From Nemertoderma westbladi (Eukaryota; Animalia; Xenacoelomorpha): DNA of 64,000 nucleotides. The stretch spans positions 1-64,000 of the forward strand of contig JAUCBJ010003847.1 of assembly GCA_032718475.1 (NCBI GenBank), given 5' to 3'. Under the pieces are notes generated by a model that was not told where the DNA came from, made no database searches, and was given only the letters and a program-made list of their open reading frames with translations. The position numbers and the translations under genes are program-made. Of this stretch, positions 22,435-34,174 are shown piece after piece (the first letter of the stretch is position 1; every line of letters starts with the position of its first letter).

Positions 22435-22999
22435 ATGGATTCCGATTTACTTCAAAGATACAGTAAACCTCAATATGGTGGTGCAGACTCTAATCTTGCT
22501 GTTTTTAAAGGTGGTAGAAGTACGAGAGGCTCGACACAAGTTCCTGTTTGTCGAGGTGGTTCATATATAGACCCTTACGGTCAACAAATTGGTGCATTTG
22601 GTCCAAATTTAAAACAACGTCGATTTCAACGTTATCGCAGGGGTATGCAGACAAATCAACACGGGGAAGGTATATTTACAGATGCTTTATCTACATTGAA
22701 GAAATTTGGAAAGCCATTAGCAAAAAAGTTTTACAAAAAGCTTTACCATTTACCACAAAATTTATGAGATAACACGTAATACCAAAATGTAAGCGGGTCT
22801 TACATCAGCAGGCTAATACGGTTATTAATAAAACATTAAATAAAATGAAACCATCAACAAGATCGGTTGTAGAAAAAGTTTATAGAGATTTAAAGCGACC
22901 GACTAAACCAATGTCTATGAACATACATCATCGCTGTAGTGAAAATAGAAAAATAAAAAAAGGCAAACTCAAACACTGCGAAAAAAGTATTTTTTAATA
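22435..22999 (+). pseudogene. Core/membrane-penetration protein (pVI/pVII-like), frameshifted
   Basis: Several adenain-like sites (QYGG, FKGG, CRGG, QHGEG) followed by the amphipathic IFTDALSTLKKFGKPLAKK; basic tail in another frame; sits between penton and MCP. Confidence 0.65.
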
Positions 23000-24259
23000 A
23001 TGTCAATTATTAAGGAATTAGATTTATTTTCTATACAGCCAATACAGACTGAATTTAAAGCAAAGCATTATGAAACAATTTACCCGGTATCTAGTCTCAG
23101 AAGCGAGTCTTGGGAAGTAACATTTCTTGTACCGCGATCCAATGAATTCTATACGAAACTACAAGATGCGTTTTTAATTACAAAATCTACTGTACGGTGG
23201 GATAGATGGCTTGAAAACTCACACATTTATATGTTGAATTACCCCTCTGGAACTATGTGGAGTGATATTAAAATAGACCTCAATGAGAAGCAGGTTGAAA
23301 ATAGCAATAACCATTATTTCTACAAGTCGTACTTATCCAATTTACTTTTTACTACATATGAAACTAAAAATGGGCTACTGGGGGCAGGCGGCTTTCGTCA
23401 GCCTTTATCCGAACACGGAAATGAAATTAATCCCGGTGCGCATCCTATTGCCAATGCCTTTAGTAAACAAATGCAATTTGTAAGTGGATTGACGATTGAT
23501 TTTGATACTGAAAGTAAAATAATACAACCCGGGTATGATTTAAGAATGCATTTTAGAAAAGTATCAAATTCGTTTATTTTTAAAATCACTCCAAACGCAA
23601 ACGCTGTGACAAATCTTCGGCTAGAATTAGATGAAGTAAAGATCCTAATCCCTAGAATGGAGGTTAATCCGGTAATAGAAAGCATCCATCTAAAAGGTTT
23701 AGAGAGCTACGATATTGAATATCAATTTCAAAAAAAAGAGGTTACTACATTTACTATTCCCGCTCAAACCACAAATTACACCCAAACAAACATATTTGAT
23801 GGTAAAAAACCCAAATTGGTTATTATCGGTTTTATAACAAATAATTCATATTCGGGTGAATTAACTAGTAATCCGTTGAAATTCGAACATTTTAACCTTA
23901 GACGCGCGGAACTGATTGTAGACGGTCTTCCAGTAGGCGGTGTAATATACGAGCCTAATTTTACTGATGGAACATACATTTTTGAGTATACTCAATTAAT
24001 GAAGAACATTAATACATATATTAACGGTTATGGAGGTAATAATATAGACCATGAAACCTACTTAGGTAATTGCCCCCTCATATCCTGGGACCTAACTGCC
24101 GACGGCTATGTTAGGGATCCGCAACCATCGATATATACTAATGGACAATTAAAATTAAGATTTGCCGATCCGTTGGTTGAGACCATATATGTAATCGTTT
24201 TTAATATTTATAATCAATCATTAAGCTTAAATAGCAGGAAAGAAATACATATCGATTAA
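23000..24259 (+). CDS. MCP: Polinton major capsid protein (double jelly-roll, PY/hexon-like)
   Basis: KELDLFSIQPIQT...YPVSSL, YKSYLSNLL, PKLVIIGF...YSGELTSNPLKFEHFNL, WDLTAD, LRFADPL. Intact 419 aa. Confidence 0.93.
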   Translation: MSIIKELDLFSIQPIQTEFKAKHYETIYPVSSLRSESWEVTFLVPRSNEFYTKLQDAFLITKSTVRWDRWLENSHIYMLNYPSGTMWSDIKIDLNEKQVENSNNHYFYKSYLSNLLFTTYETKNGLLGAGGFRQPLSEHGNEINPGAHPIANAFSKQMQFVSGLTIDFDTESKIIQPGYDLRMHFRKVSNSFIFKITPNANAVTNLRLELDEVKILIPRMEVNPVIESIHLKGLESYDIEYQFQKKEVTTFTIPAQTTNYTQTNIFDGKKPKLVIIGFITNNSYSGELTSNPLKFEHFNLRRAELIVDGLPVGGVIYEPNFTDGTYIFEYTQLMKNINTYINGYGGNNIDHETYLGNCPLISWDLTADGYVRDPQPSIYTNGQLKLRFADPLVETIYVIVFNIYNQSLSLNSRKEIHID

Positions 24260-24261
24260 GT

Positions 24262-24726
24262 ATGTTATCTACAGAGGACCTTGATATGTTTCCAGTGGGT
24301 GGTCACTATTTAGGGGCATTTCCATCTACTAAATTATCTAAATTAGATAATAATAATAATAATTATAAGCGAAGAGACTATGGGTTAATAGTAAATACCG
24401 ATAAAGCGCATCTACCTGGTGTTCATTGGGTGGCTATATATATACGAGATAATGAAGCTGAATTATTTAATTCATTTGGTCCAAAATATCCAAACAGATG
24501 TATCGAAAAATGGCTTGAGAAAAATTCAACAAAGTGGTGTACTACTCGCAGGCAATTTCAAGACCCTAGAAGGACCACATGCGGGTTATACTGTCTTTAT
24601 TACTTGGTAAATCGAATTCACACAAACTATCCAATGAGAGCGTTTACAAATAATGTGGAAATAAATGAAATAATATTATATAAATGGCTTGTTAATTATT
24701 ATAAAATAAACCAACAAGCATTGTAA
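24262..24726 (+). CDS. PRO: Adenain-like cysteine maturation protease
   Basis: IVNTD...GVHWVAI, FNSFG, QFQ...TTCGLYC (catalytic His and Cys, oxyanion Gln). Confidence 0.93.
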   Translation: MLSTEDLDMFPVGGHYLGAFPSTKLSKLDNNNNNYKRRDYGLIVNTDKAHLPGVHWVAIYIRDNEAELFNSFGPKYPNRCIEKWLEKNSTKWCTTRRQFQDPRRTTCGLYCLYYLVNRIHTNYPMRAFTNNVEINEIILYKWLVNYYKINQQAL

Positions 24727-24770
24727 TTAATCATTTAACTTTTGTTTATCTAAATATATTATCAGATAAA

Positions 24771-25340
24771 ATGGATAATATTATTTTTGTCGATTTTCAA
24801 TATTATACGATAGACAATAAGGAATATCCGGTAGTATTTAAAGAATTTGCTATATTCGATTCTAATTACACCAAAACTAATGTAAAGACATTTTTAATTA
24901 AAGGACCCCCTGATATTAACTTATTGGCATTAGATAAAGCCCACGTAAACAATTTACGGGACATGACTTCACATTTACCCTGGGATTACGGTGACATTTC
25001 GCAAGATGACTTTAAAAAGTACATGAAGAGACATTTAAAATATAAAAAAATTATATATGTATTCGGGTTGATGAAGCTGGCAATATTAATTTCCGAACTT
25101 GATGTACTTGCTCCAAAATCGATGGAGAAATTGGGAATATATCAACGGTATTACAACTATTTAACCCCGTGTCCCTTCCATGATCAATTTACTACAGTAG
25201 AAAATAAATGCGCTTACCACTTAAACAGAAAGGATAACTGTCTGCGGTACTGCTCCGCAAAACGAGTCGGAGGGTATGTAATGAAACGATTTTTCGTGAG
25301 AACGCGATTAACTGTAGTGGAAGATGTACTCGTACAGTAG
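24771..25340 (+). CDS. Polinton PW-like protein (DEDD/DnaQ-fold-like, Cys/His C-terminus)
   Basis: IFVDFQ...FKEFAI, LPWDYGD, IYVFGLMK, CAYH...CS, a pattern I recall from the conserved gene next to Polinton proteases. Confidence 0.6.
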   Translation: MDNIIFVDFQYYTIDNKEYPVVFKEFAIFDSNYTKTNVKTFLIKGPPDINLLALDKAHVNNLRDMTSHLPWDYGDISQDDFKKYMKRHLKYKKIIYVFGLMKLAILISELDVLAPKSMEKLGIYQRYYNYLTPCPFHDQFTTVENKCAYHLNRKDNCLRYCSAKRVGGYVMKRFFVRTRLTVVEDVLVQ

Positions 25341-26130
25341 GTTTACTCTAAGCATGTAATGTGATGGGATAATATAATTGTTTTAATGTCAATAAAAATA
25401 ATTAAAACATTAAAATCTATTTTTTATATCTCAGTTTGACGGGAGGTGGGGTTTAGGTTTACACTCACAAACACACCACACCTACCGGTAGCCGGCTGTT
25501 GTATCTGAGTTTAACTACAAGTAGCTGACTTTATACATACAGACATATAACAACGCTAAACTGCAGAATGGCTCCCCTTCTAGACTGACAGCACCCACAT
25601 CGCTTTAGCGTTACTAGTAATAAAATTAAATTAACTCGACATGTGGTTCGTATATGCGGCATTAGAGGGGCCCGCCTAACAATAGGCCTACTGGTACTGT
25701 AGCACTCTTGTAACAGTATACTTGGATAGTGCATGCCGGTTCCTTCGATTTAAGGATTATTACACTTGAATGCTTCCAATTTTCTGTTTACAACTTTAAT
25801 TGGCCTAATCTAGATTATTATTACTGGGGCTACTACTGTCGCATAGGTAAGCCTTTACTATACAGCTATAGTTAACTTTATGCGGCCCCTTTTTCGAATG
25901 TAGGCCCAATATGGTTTACGGTTAACCTTTAGAACTCACGGACAGGCATACCTTCATTCAACCAGTCATATAATGATTCCTCAACTGAAAGCCGGCCAGC
26001 TCATTGATACAATAGGTGTGGCTATAGCAATATATAAAATCCACCGCTCACAAGTTCATTCACTTCATTTTGTAGGCCTATATAAAACATAGTTAGTTTA
26101 TTTATGTATTCGCTTTTTTTTTTAATTAGA

Positions 26131-26747
26131 TATAAAATAGACAAAAAACCTACTGCTACCGGTAACACATTAACACAAACAGACTGACTGACTGATTACA
26201 TACGAGTCTACTGACGGTGTATTCTTGGATCTGGCGGTAGGCCAACAGGAGCTACTGATACTTCTGCTTCAGTCGCTTCTTCTTCCCAGTCAGCCAGTGC
26301 TCACCCTCACTATAGTTATCAAGTCTTATCTGGTGAGCTTCTCCATATAAAATAGACAAAAAACCTACTGCTACCGGTAACACATTAACACAAACAGACA
26401 GACTGCCTGATTACATACGAGTCTACTAATGGTGTATTCTTGAATGTGGCGGTAGGCCCACAGGAGCTACTGATACTTCTGCTTCAGTCGCTTCTTCTCT
26501 CCAGTCAGCCAGCGCTCACCTCACTATAGTTATCAAGTCTTATCTGGTGAGCTTCTCCATATAAAATAGACAAAAAAAACCTACTGCTACCGGTAATACA
26601 TTAACACAAACAGACAGACTGACTGATTACATACGAGTCTACTGGTGTGTTCTTGGATCTGTCGGTAGGCCAACAGGAGCTACTGATACTTCTTCCCAGT
26701 GCTCACCCTCACTATAGATATCAAGTCTTATATGGTGAGCTTCTCCA
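26131..26747. repeat. Three ~215-bp tandem copies of the 3' end and trailer of gene 26639-26965
   Basis: Units start tataaaatagacaaaaaa at 26131, 26346 and 26560 and end tggtgagcttctcca. Confidence 0.92.
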
Positions 26748-26965
26748 GCCTGCACACGAATGTTTAAACTAAAGTTTTTATTTGTAGACAATGTTGTTTG
26801 TCTGCCTTCGCTCGTTTTATTTCTAACCATTATAGTAATCACTCCATTGTCATTTTTCAAATGTAATTCCATTACATTTAACGATGTAAAAAACAACTGT
26901 TCCCCTTCAAGATCAAACTTTAGCAAACAGTCGCTATCCCTATTTCCAATAAATGCGAACGACAT
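26639..26965 (-). CDS. Polinton hypothetical beta-rich protein (108 aa)
   Basis: ATG-initiated intact ORF co-oriented with the PolB block; alternating hydrophobic pattern. Confidence 0.55.
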   Translation of the reverse strand: MSFAFIGNRDSDCLLKFDLEGEQLFFTSLNVMELHLKNDNGVITIMVRNKTSEGRQTTLSTNKNFSLNIRVQAGEAHHIRLDIYSEGEHWEEVSVAPVGLPTDPRTHQ

Positions 26966-27649
26966 ATCTTGATTGATTGAATGGTTGATGGATCACCGCG
27001 ACTGAAGTTTGGAGGTTAGTTTTTGCAAGTACAAATACAAGTAGGTCTATACCGGTATTTTTATTTACGGTAACAAAATTATACTTAAGATATAATTGAG
27101 CTTATATATATTTTTGTAGAGGGTCGCAGATGTTTACATTACAAAATTCACATAGTTAACAAAATGCACAACATAAACTTTTCCCATGCGGATTAGCGAT
27201 ATATGCTCTGTTCATTGTTCTATTCTATTCTATTCTATTCTGAATGTAGGGAAATGCATAGCCGATGTTTTAATAATATGTACTGGTATACAGGCTAGTA
27301 ACAGATAGGAGGGCTTCGACTTTGATTATGAATACCAGTACATAGCCCTAAACTTTTCTCACCGAGCTTAGCGATGCTCGCTGCACACACTCATAAGTAA
27401 CAGATGCGCAACTGTAGCTCACTCGTGCGATGCTTAGCTAGCTAGCTACTGTCTCTAGGTATACTATGCATACTTGGCTGTTACAAGCAATCGCTCTGCC
27501 GAAGTTAGTTAGTTTCCCCAACTAGTTGTTGATTTAAAAAATATTCATAAATTTCTTCTCCCTCAATTTAATATATATATACATATTTTACAGTAAAAAA
27601 TCCCCACCACCAAACAACAACAATAAATTTTACTCTCTCTAATTATATT

Positions 27650-28216
27650 TTACATCAAAAACCCTCCACCAAACAATAATAAATTATTAACCAGTTTGTT
27701 GAATATAGGATAATATATATGAAATTTAAACGGAGAACACATTAATGAACTTTTACCTGTGTAGAAACAGCAAACAACAACAATATTATTTATTCTGACT
27801 TTACAGTTATTGAATATTTCTGGCTCGTATGAAATTTCTAGTTTAACATTATCAAATATAACATAAAACTCGATATTGTTTATAAGTAACCTATAGATTA
27901 CAGTGTCAATACTAAAAATATAAGTACACAAATTGATAGATTTAAAAATCAAATTAATGTTTGTTTGTTCAAATATATGCTTTTTAACTTTATTAAAATT
28001 ATATTTTCTACCAAGAATTGTTATTCGTCCATTTGTAAACATTAATATGGTTGCACCAAATACCTTATATATAAACTGATTAGGTTTGAGTATAATTTTA
28101 CCTGTCAATTGATTTTTTAATTCTTTTAAATTAAGTCCATAAATGATCTGCTTACAACTTATATTTTTATTTACTATTTGATAATTCATCATCATCATCA
28201 CCTTTTGGTTCTTCAT
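27650..28216 (-). CDS. TATA-binding protein (TBP)-like protein
   Basis: Two TBP-like repeats: YQIVNKNISC...GATILMFTNGRITILGRK and SINLCTYIF...ISYEPEIFNN...VVCCFYTGK (compare TBP TALIFSSGKMVCTGAK and SYEPELFPGL...LLIFVSGK). Confidence 0.78.
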   Translation of the reverse strand: MKNQKVMMMMNYQIVNKNISCKQIIYGLNLKELKNQLTGKIILKPNQFIYKVFGATILMFTNGRITILGRKYNFNKVKKHIFEQTNINLIFKSINLCTYIFSIDTVIYRLLINNIEFYVIFDNVKLEISYEPEIFNNCKVRINNIVVVCCFYTGKSSLMCSPFKFHIYYPIFNKLVNNLLLFGGGFLM

Positions 28217-28237
28217 AAGTTGGTATATTTGATATTT

Positions 28238-31200
28238 TTATAGGTTTTTGAGGTTTGTTTTATAGTGTCCCCAAGGAAGTGATTGATTTTTATTAAGCCA
28301 ATAAAGTTTATCATCAAAGCTACTGAGTGCAAATTTATTTTGCTTTAAGGTATAAATACGATGTAATTTAGATTGAAATCTGTTTATATATTTTTTTATT
28401 TCTTCATTTGAGTTATATGCTTTTAAATATTCTTCATGAGTAATATTCGTTTCCACAATAGCTCTTGTAATACCTTTTGCTCTGCGAATATTTCTGTTAT
28501 TCCATTCCAAAATTGAATATAATTTTGGTCTTAAAAATACTGCTTGTTTAATTTCACGTGAGGCTAGTTCATCTTTACAGTGATAAAGTCTCGATTTATT
28601 TTTATTACTATAAAGCGGGTGATCCTGTGGGTAATTGGATGTATCTAAAATATTATTTTTAATTAATGCTTTTAAAAAATTATTCTGCGATGTATTATAA
28701 TAACAACCTATTAATGAGTCTGTATCTGATGCGACAATTTCAATACGGCAGTTTAATTCTTTCTCAATAGGTAGTAATCTATTGTAATACAGTTCATACA
28801 TATCAAGTTTAGCCAAATCCAACACCGCGCTACCAATAAATATAGGCTTATCAAGAGTTACAGAGTCTTTCACTAATAAATGACCTGATAATGTATTATT
28901 GTATATTATAAATTGTTCATGATTAATACGATTCACCAATTGGTCGCATTTATCATTGCTATTTGTGATACGAAAGTTACATCTCTCCCGTATCTTTTCT
29001 ATTGTCTTACCAAATAAAGAGTTATTAAGCAGCTTTGCGACAGCCGTTTCAATGTAACTTTTTGCTAGTCGCCTTTGATTAATATTAAAATCTATGTAAT
29101 TTTTAAATACAAATTCTTGTTGAAAAGAATATAATTTATGTAGTTTAGTAACAATTAATCCTTGTTTTATATAAAATTTTAACAGTTTCAAATGTAAAAT
29201 AATGATAAAATTCTTTATCAAATTGCGTCAGCAAGAGTTTTGGAGTAGACATGTTATATTTACTGGAGGTACCTCTTTGTATCGATAAGTTATTAAATTG
29301 TTCTCTCATATAAGGTGAAAGCATTGATTCATTTATACTTAAATGCTCTGGGGCTAACGGTAATTGTAATGTTTGATCGTGAATAGCTTTGGGGTAATTT
29401 AAATCACATATTAAAAAATATCCAGTAGATCCGTCATTGTCTAAATCTACCAAGTACTCGATTAGTTTTTCTGGAATTGCATTCTCTAAATGTTTAATAC
29501 TTACTTCTTTGAATTGTGAAGTGGGTAGTTTTTTACTTAAATTCCCAGAATATAAAGAGTTGAAATCAATATTAAAAATATGGCATTCTTCCTTAGTAGA
29601 ATCATATGTACTTGTTTCGGGTATATTTGATTCTATATAATGCTTTCGACAAAATGAAACACCACCCCTAATTGATTTTTCAAAATCTCTATATGTCTGA
29701 TAATCCTTTATTAATTCTATTTTACATTTATTATATTTTAGAGCGCAATCATAGGTAAATGACGCGATACTACAGTAAAAAACCACTTCTAAATCGTAAT
29801 TTTGTATACAAACATTCCTAAAATTCTCAAATATATCAGCAAGCAAACAAACATCGAGTTTTAAATAAGCTAAAAGATAATCTTTGAGATTCACACAGTC
29901 GAATTCTACCCATGATAATCCCGCAAACCTATAATCTTCAATTGTACATTTTTTTTGACTTAAGTTACTAAAAAAAATATTTATAGATGGTAAACCAGTA
30001 TCATTAAATTTATTTATATCTGTCAAGTACTCGTATAGAAATACTCCTTTCCGATTAATTGTTGAGTTATTCAAGTTTGGATAAAAATATTTCATTTCTT
30101 GTAGAGTAATTGGTAAAATTGAGCTTATATCATGACTCGCTACATCCTTTGTTGAACACTCAACTAAATTACTTAGGGAAAAGCTTAAAAATTGATATGT
30201 GTCTAAGACACGTAACTCAATTTTTTTAGAAGTGTTTTTAATTGGGATAAATGCACTCAGTGAAATATATCGTTCTGTATTTCTCGGTATAACCTTTATA
30301 TCCCAATCCGTGTATTTCTTATCTCTAAATCCGGTTTGTAATATACAATGTATATCGTAATTATTGGCATTGTGCCCACAAAGTACATACAGGTATCGTT
30401 TCTCTATTGACTTCTTCCTTGGTAGCAGGCGAGACGGTGACGATGGAGAACTTCCGCTCGAAAAAAATGCACTAAACATCGTTCACAATATTGCCTATTG
30501 ACGATATGAAGAGCTCTCGTATTCAGCAATCGATTCAAGTTAGTTATGTAAACATAATGATTCAGTTTAGGTACATTGTTATTTTTTACTACAAGTAATA
30601 TATTTAATAACTCTTTATCTGGTGTAATTTTACTAAATGGTGGTTGTCTTAATATAGATACGGGGGTGCGTTTGTTGTCGTTATTCCAACATAGTAAATT
30701 AATTATATATTTAGAATTTTGTTTTTCAAAAAGTTTAATCGCTAGCTGCCACTCTGTTGGATAATAATTTTTCCCGTTGTCAAAAATGAAATGACTCATA
30801 TAATTTTTGTACTGCGAAGTACGGTATTTGTGATTTTTCACTTTGCTACTAAATTTTGCGGCTATAATAGCCCATTTGAAACAGTCATTATCAGCCGATT
30901 GTATATTTATTGTACATTAGATACTCGATAGAACCTTAGGTAATTCCATATATCCATGTCCCTTATATAGTAACGACCTACACTTAGATTCAGCTAATTT
31001 AATTTCAACTCTTAATAATGATTTAATACGCCAGCCCAAACCACGTGTGTTAAAGATGGCTATTTTTTGTAATATATTTTGCACCACATACTCAAACCAT
31101 GTGTCAAAACTTTGTGATGAATCTACAGTATTAATAGCACCACCGGAAGAATTAAAATAAAAGGTTTCTAATTGTTTGCCTTCTGAAAAATATGATCTGT

Positions 31201-31744
31201 ACATTATTACAATTAGACCTAACCACAGTCTAAGAACATTCATTTCTTTCAATCTGTCTAATATTAACTGAAGAATATTACCTCGAATTTGCGCTAATGC
31301 TGTTTCTACATCTGGATAATCTCTAGAAGTTGGGAGGTTGTGGACATAAATTTCAAGACGATTATCGTGAGCTTCTTGTTCCCACGTAAAAATTGTTGCA
31401 CATGTACCAAGAGCCACCCTTAAGTTTTTTCTAGATATTATATTTTTATGTTGCGGAGATATACACTTTCTTGTGTAATAACATTTCAAGTGACAGTCGT
31501 GTCGTAAATAATTCTCATATGTATACTCTTTATTACAGGTAGAACAAGTCAATTGATAGGTACGGAACTCCATTTCTTTACAACCCGTAGTTGATTCATG
31601 TCGTTTACAAATTTCACTGCATGAAGTCACGACATGACACTTAAAACAAGAATAACCTTCAAAATGTGACTTTAGGTGATGTAAATAATTATGTCTAGTT
31701 ACATTCATATGACAGAATGAACAACATATTGCTATTTTATCCAT
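28238..31744 (-). pseudogene. pPolB: Protein-primed family B DNA polymerase polyprotein (Zn fingers, terminal-protein region, OTU-like, exonuclease, polymerase), disrupted
   Basis: FNTRGLGW, YMELP, in-frame TAA at 30917-30919, then INIQSADNDCFKWAIIA...HYVYI, CERC, HNANNYD, RKGVFLYEY, YLKLDVCLLADIFENFR, SIRGG, DFNSLY, KLLNNSLFGK, SDTDS, LRPKLYS, AKGI. Frameshifts near 30410 and 29200. Confidence 0.95.
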
Positions 31745-31934
31745 GTTGAAGTTTGTTTAGATTATTTAATAATAATAATAATAAAATATCACCAAAGATT
31801 AAAATAAAATAAAATGAAATGAAATGAAATAAAATGTTATTGACTATATCTAAACATTTATATGCTACCGTGTGAAATAATTTTAAATCAATCACCAATC
31901 GCTTATAGGTATTGGAAACCTCAAAGGGTTTAAC

Positions 31935-32357
31935 TTATGATAGGGTTTCCATGTAAGAATAATAATCAGGTTTCCATGGAGAATTAGTAACTGGATCTAC
32001 TGGAACTGGGTTAACAGCAAATTTCTGTTTCTTTGCAGGTGATGCGTTGGTTAATTTACTCGATGATCTTGGCTTCCGAGGTAATATTTCAGGAAAGACC
32101 TGTTGCGGTTGAGAGCAACTCTCTTCAAGATTCGGTTTGGGTGATGGGATCTCTACGATTGCTTTAGGTTTATCCAAAAGGACAAAACCATCTACATTAG
32201 CTTCAGTAAGAGAAACACCATCCATTGCCTCTTTGAGAAAACTAATATGAGCTTTATCATTCAAGTAATGCAACTCAATAGAATTTCCACCTGTATCGAC
32301 TTCAGTAGAATTATTGGTGTTGGTAATAATAATTTTTTTATTATTGGTTTTAATCAT
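31935..32357 (-). CDS. Polinton hypothetical protein (140 aa; Pro/Ser-rich tail, NLS-like PAKKQK)
   Basis: Long ORF in AT-rich DNA, co-oriented with and upstream of pPolB. Confidence 0.55.
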   Translation of the reverse strand: MIKTNNKKIIITNTNNSTEVDTGGNSIELHYLNDKAHISFLKEAMDGVSLTEANVDGFVLLDKPKAIVEIPSPKPNLEESCSQPQQVFPEILPRKPRSSSKLTNASPAKKQKFAVNPVPVDPVTNSPWKPDYYSYMETLS

Positions 32358-32616
32358 TTTGAGACGGTCTGATAGTTAAATGATATTTTTATCAAAAAGA
32401 CTCAAAACTCTCGCAACAAAACGGTTAGTTCCTGATTTGACAAATTGAAAAGATTGAATAATAGTTAAAACCAACACTATCAGCGTATCTGAGGCTGATT
32501 TTCCATAAGCCAACATAGTTGGTTCCCTTAAAAGCTGTTACAAATCCAATAAACTCTGGATTTGATAATTCAATGTAAAATTGATCGCTAATAATCTCTA
32601 GCGGTGGAGAGAGAAA

Positions 32617-32985
32617 TTACAATAATTTCCCTCTGTATTGAATTAGAACTTCAGTAAAAGCTTTGTTGAGAACTTTACATTTGCCTTGTTTCTGAACATA
32701 AACATCACCCAACGTAGGGTTGATAGAAATATTCAAATTTCCTCGTGCAAAACGAAGATTGGGATATATCCTACCTGGTATAATTGGTGGTCTGGATTGA
32801 TGTTGGTTGTTGGTTGTTTCTAGAATGTCCAGCAAATAGCGGGTATCTTGATGGGAAAAACAAATTGATTCGTTGTCATCCTGAGATTCCACAATAAAAT
32901 ACTTGCTGTGAACGACAGTGCAAGTATATTTATTGTAAGTAAATTTCCAGCTATTTGTTGCTCCGGTTTTTTGCATTAAGGCCAT
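32617..32985 (-). CDS. Polinton hypothetical protein (122 aa)
   Basis: ATG-initiated intact ORF, first gene inward from the right TIR. Confidence 0.55.
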   Translation of the reverse strand: MALMQKTGATNSWKFTYNKYTCTVVHSKYFIVESQDDNESICFSHQDTRYLLDILETTNNQHQSRPPIIPGRIYPNLRFARGNLNISINPTLGDVYVQKQGKCKVLNKAFTEVLIQYRGKLL

Positions 32986-33466
32986 AATAATAATAAATAC
33001 GAAAAATATTACAAGTGATAAATTTTAAACTGAATCGCTGTAATCAATTGACACCATAGTTCTCACTCTAAAGTTGTGATGGTCGGAAAACAACACCTGA
33101 GAAAAATGATACTGACTCACTCATTGGATATCAAACATTAGAACTACTCAATATCGGAATCAGTATCATTTATTCAAGTGTATGATTTTCCGACCAACGA
33201 ATATACAACGAGTAAGATAATGAAGAAATTATTAAGGAAATAACACAATTTCAGAGTGAGAACAAAAAAATTAGATATGGTATCAATTTATTACCATGAA
33301 GATTACAAGTGATGAATTTTAATAAAAACATTCAGTTATATATAATTTCTGAATATAACATGTAAGCAACAAATATGCGGCATAGTCAACAACGAATAAG
33401 AAAAGAGATGTGATGCAATGTGAATGAATTGTTGGTTGGTTGGTAGCGTGGGTAGGAAATACGTGT

Positions 33467-34174
33467 ACGAATATGAATCATTGGGTTGTGCGTAATAATA
33501 ATAATAATCAATAATTATAATAAAAACGCTCAGTATAATGTTAGCCTTTCAATATGTCACAGATGTGGTAGGGCTAGGTTGAGTAACTATGGAAATGCGA
33601 CAACGTGTACGTGTACACATAGCGGAATTTCAAGACTCATACTGGTTGGCTGGTTGGTAGGTTGGTTAGTTAGTAACAGCAGTCGAGTAGCGGTGGGTAA
33701 ATCGATGAGTTGACAATCAATATAATAGCATAGCTTGGTATATGCAAGTGTGGAGATGGCAACGTCCGTGACTGACTCTATCGTTGTTGTCATGGTAGCG
33801 AGGGGAAAGGGGGAGTAACCGGAGGGCTAGGCAAGCATCGAGTAACAGCAGTCGAGTAGCGGTGGGTGGGTGGGGCTAGGCATGCATCGTGAGGTTAGGC
33901 TACGCGAAGATGAATATCGATGATTGGTTCATGCAACGACGCAAAACAATACTGTCGGTTGGTAACAGCAGTTGAGTAAGGCGTGCATCGCGAGGTTAGG
34001 CTACGCGTAGGTGAATATCGATGATTGGTTGATGCAACGACGCGAATCAATACTGACAGTGACAGATGGTCATTAAAATTCATCAAAATTTAGCATTTTC
34101 AATAGTCCTCCGAGATATCTCCCATAGACCAAGCTAGGGAGGAGGGGCAGGAGCTCCATCCTTCTTCTACTACT
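33467..34174 (-). repeat. Polinton right TIR (708 bp)
   Basis: Mirror of 16031-16738. Confidence 0.95.

Larger units (their letters stand above)
16031..34174. mobile_element. Polinton/Maverick (adintovirus-like endogenous virus), full length with both ends
   Basis: Termini AGTAGTAG...CTACTACT; 6-bp TSD AGCGCT (16025-16030 and 34175-34180); 708-bp TIRs; core genes INT, MCP, penton, PRO, ATPase and pPolB in two convergent blocks; AT-rich relative to the flanks. Confidence 0.97.
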
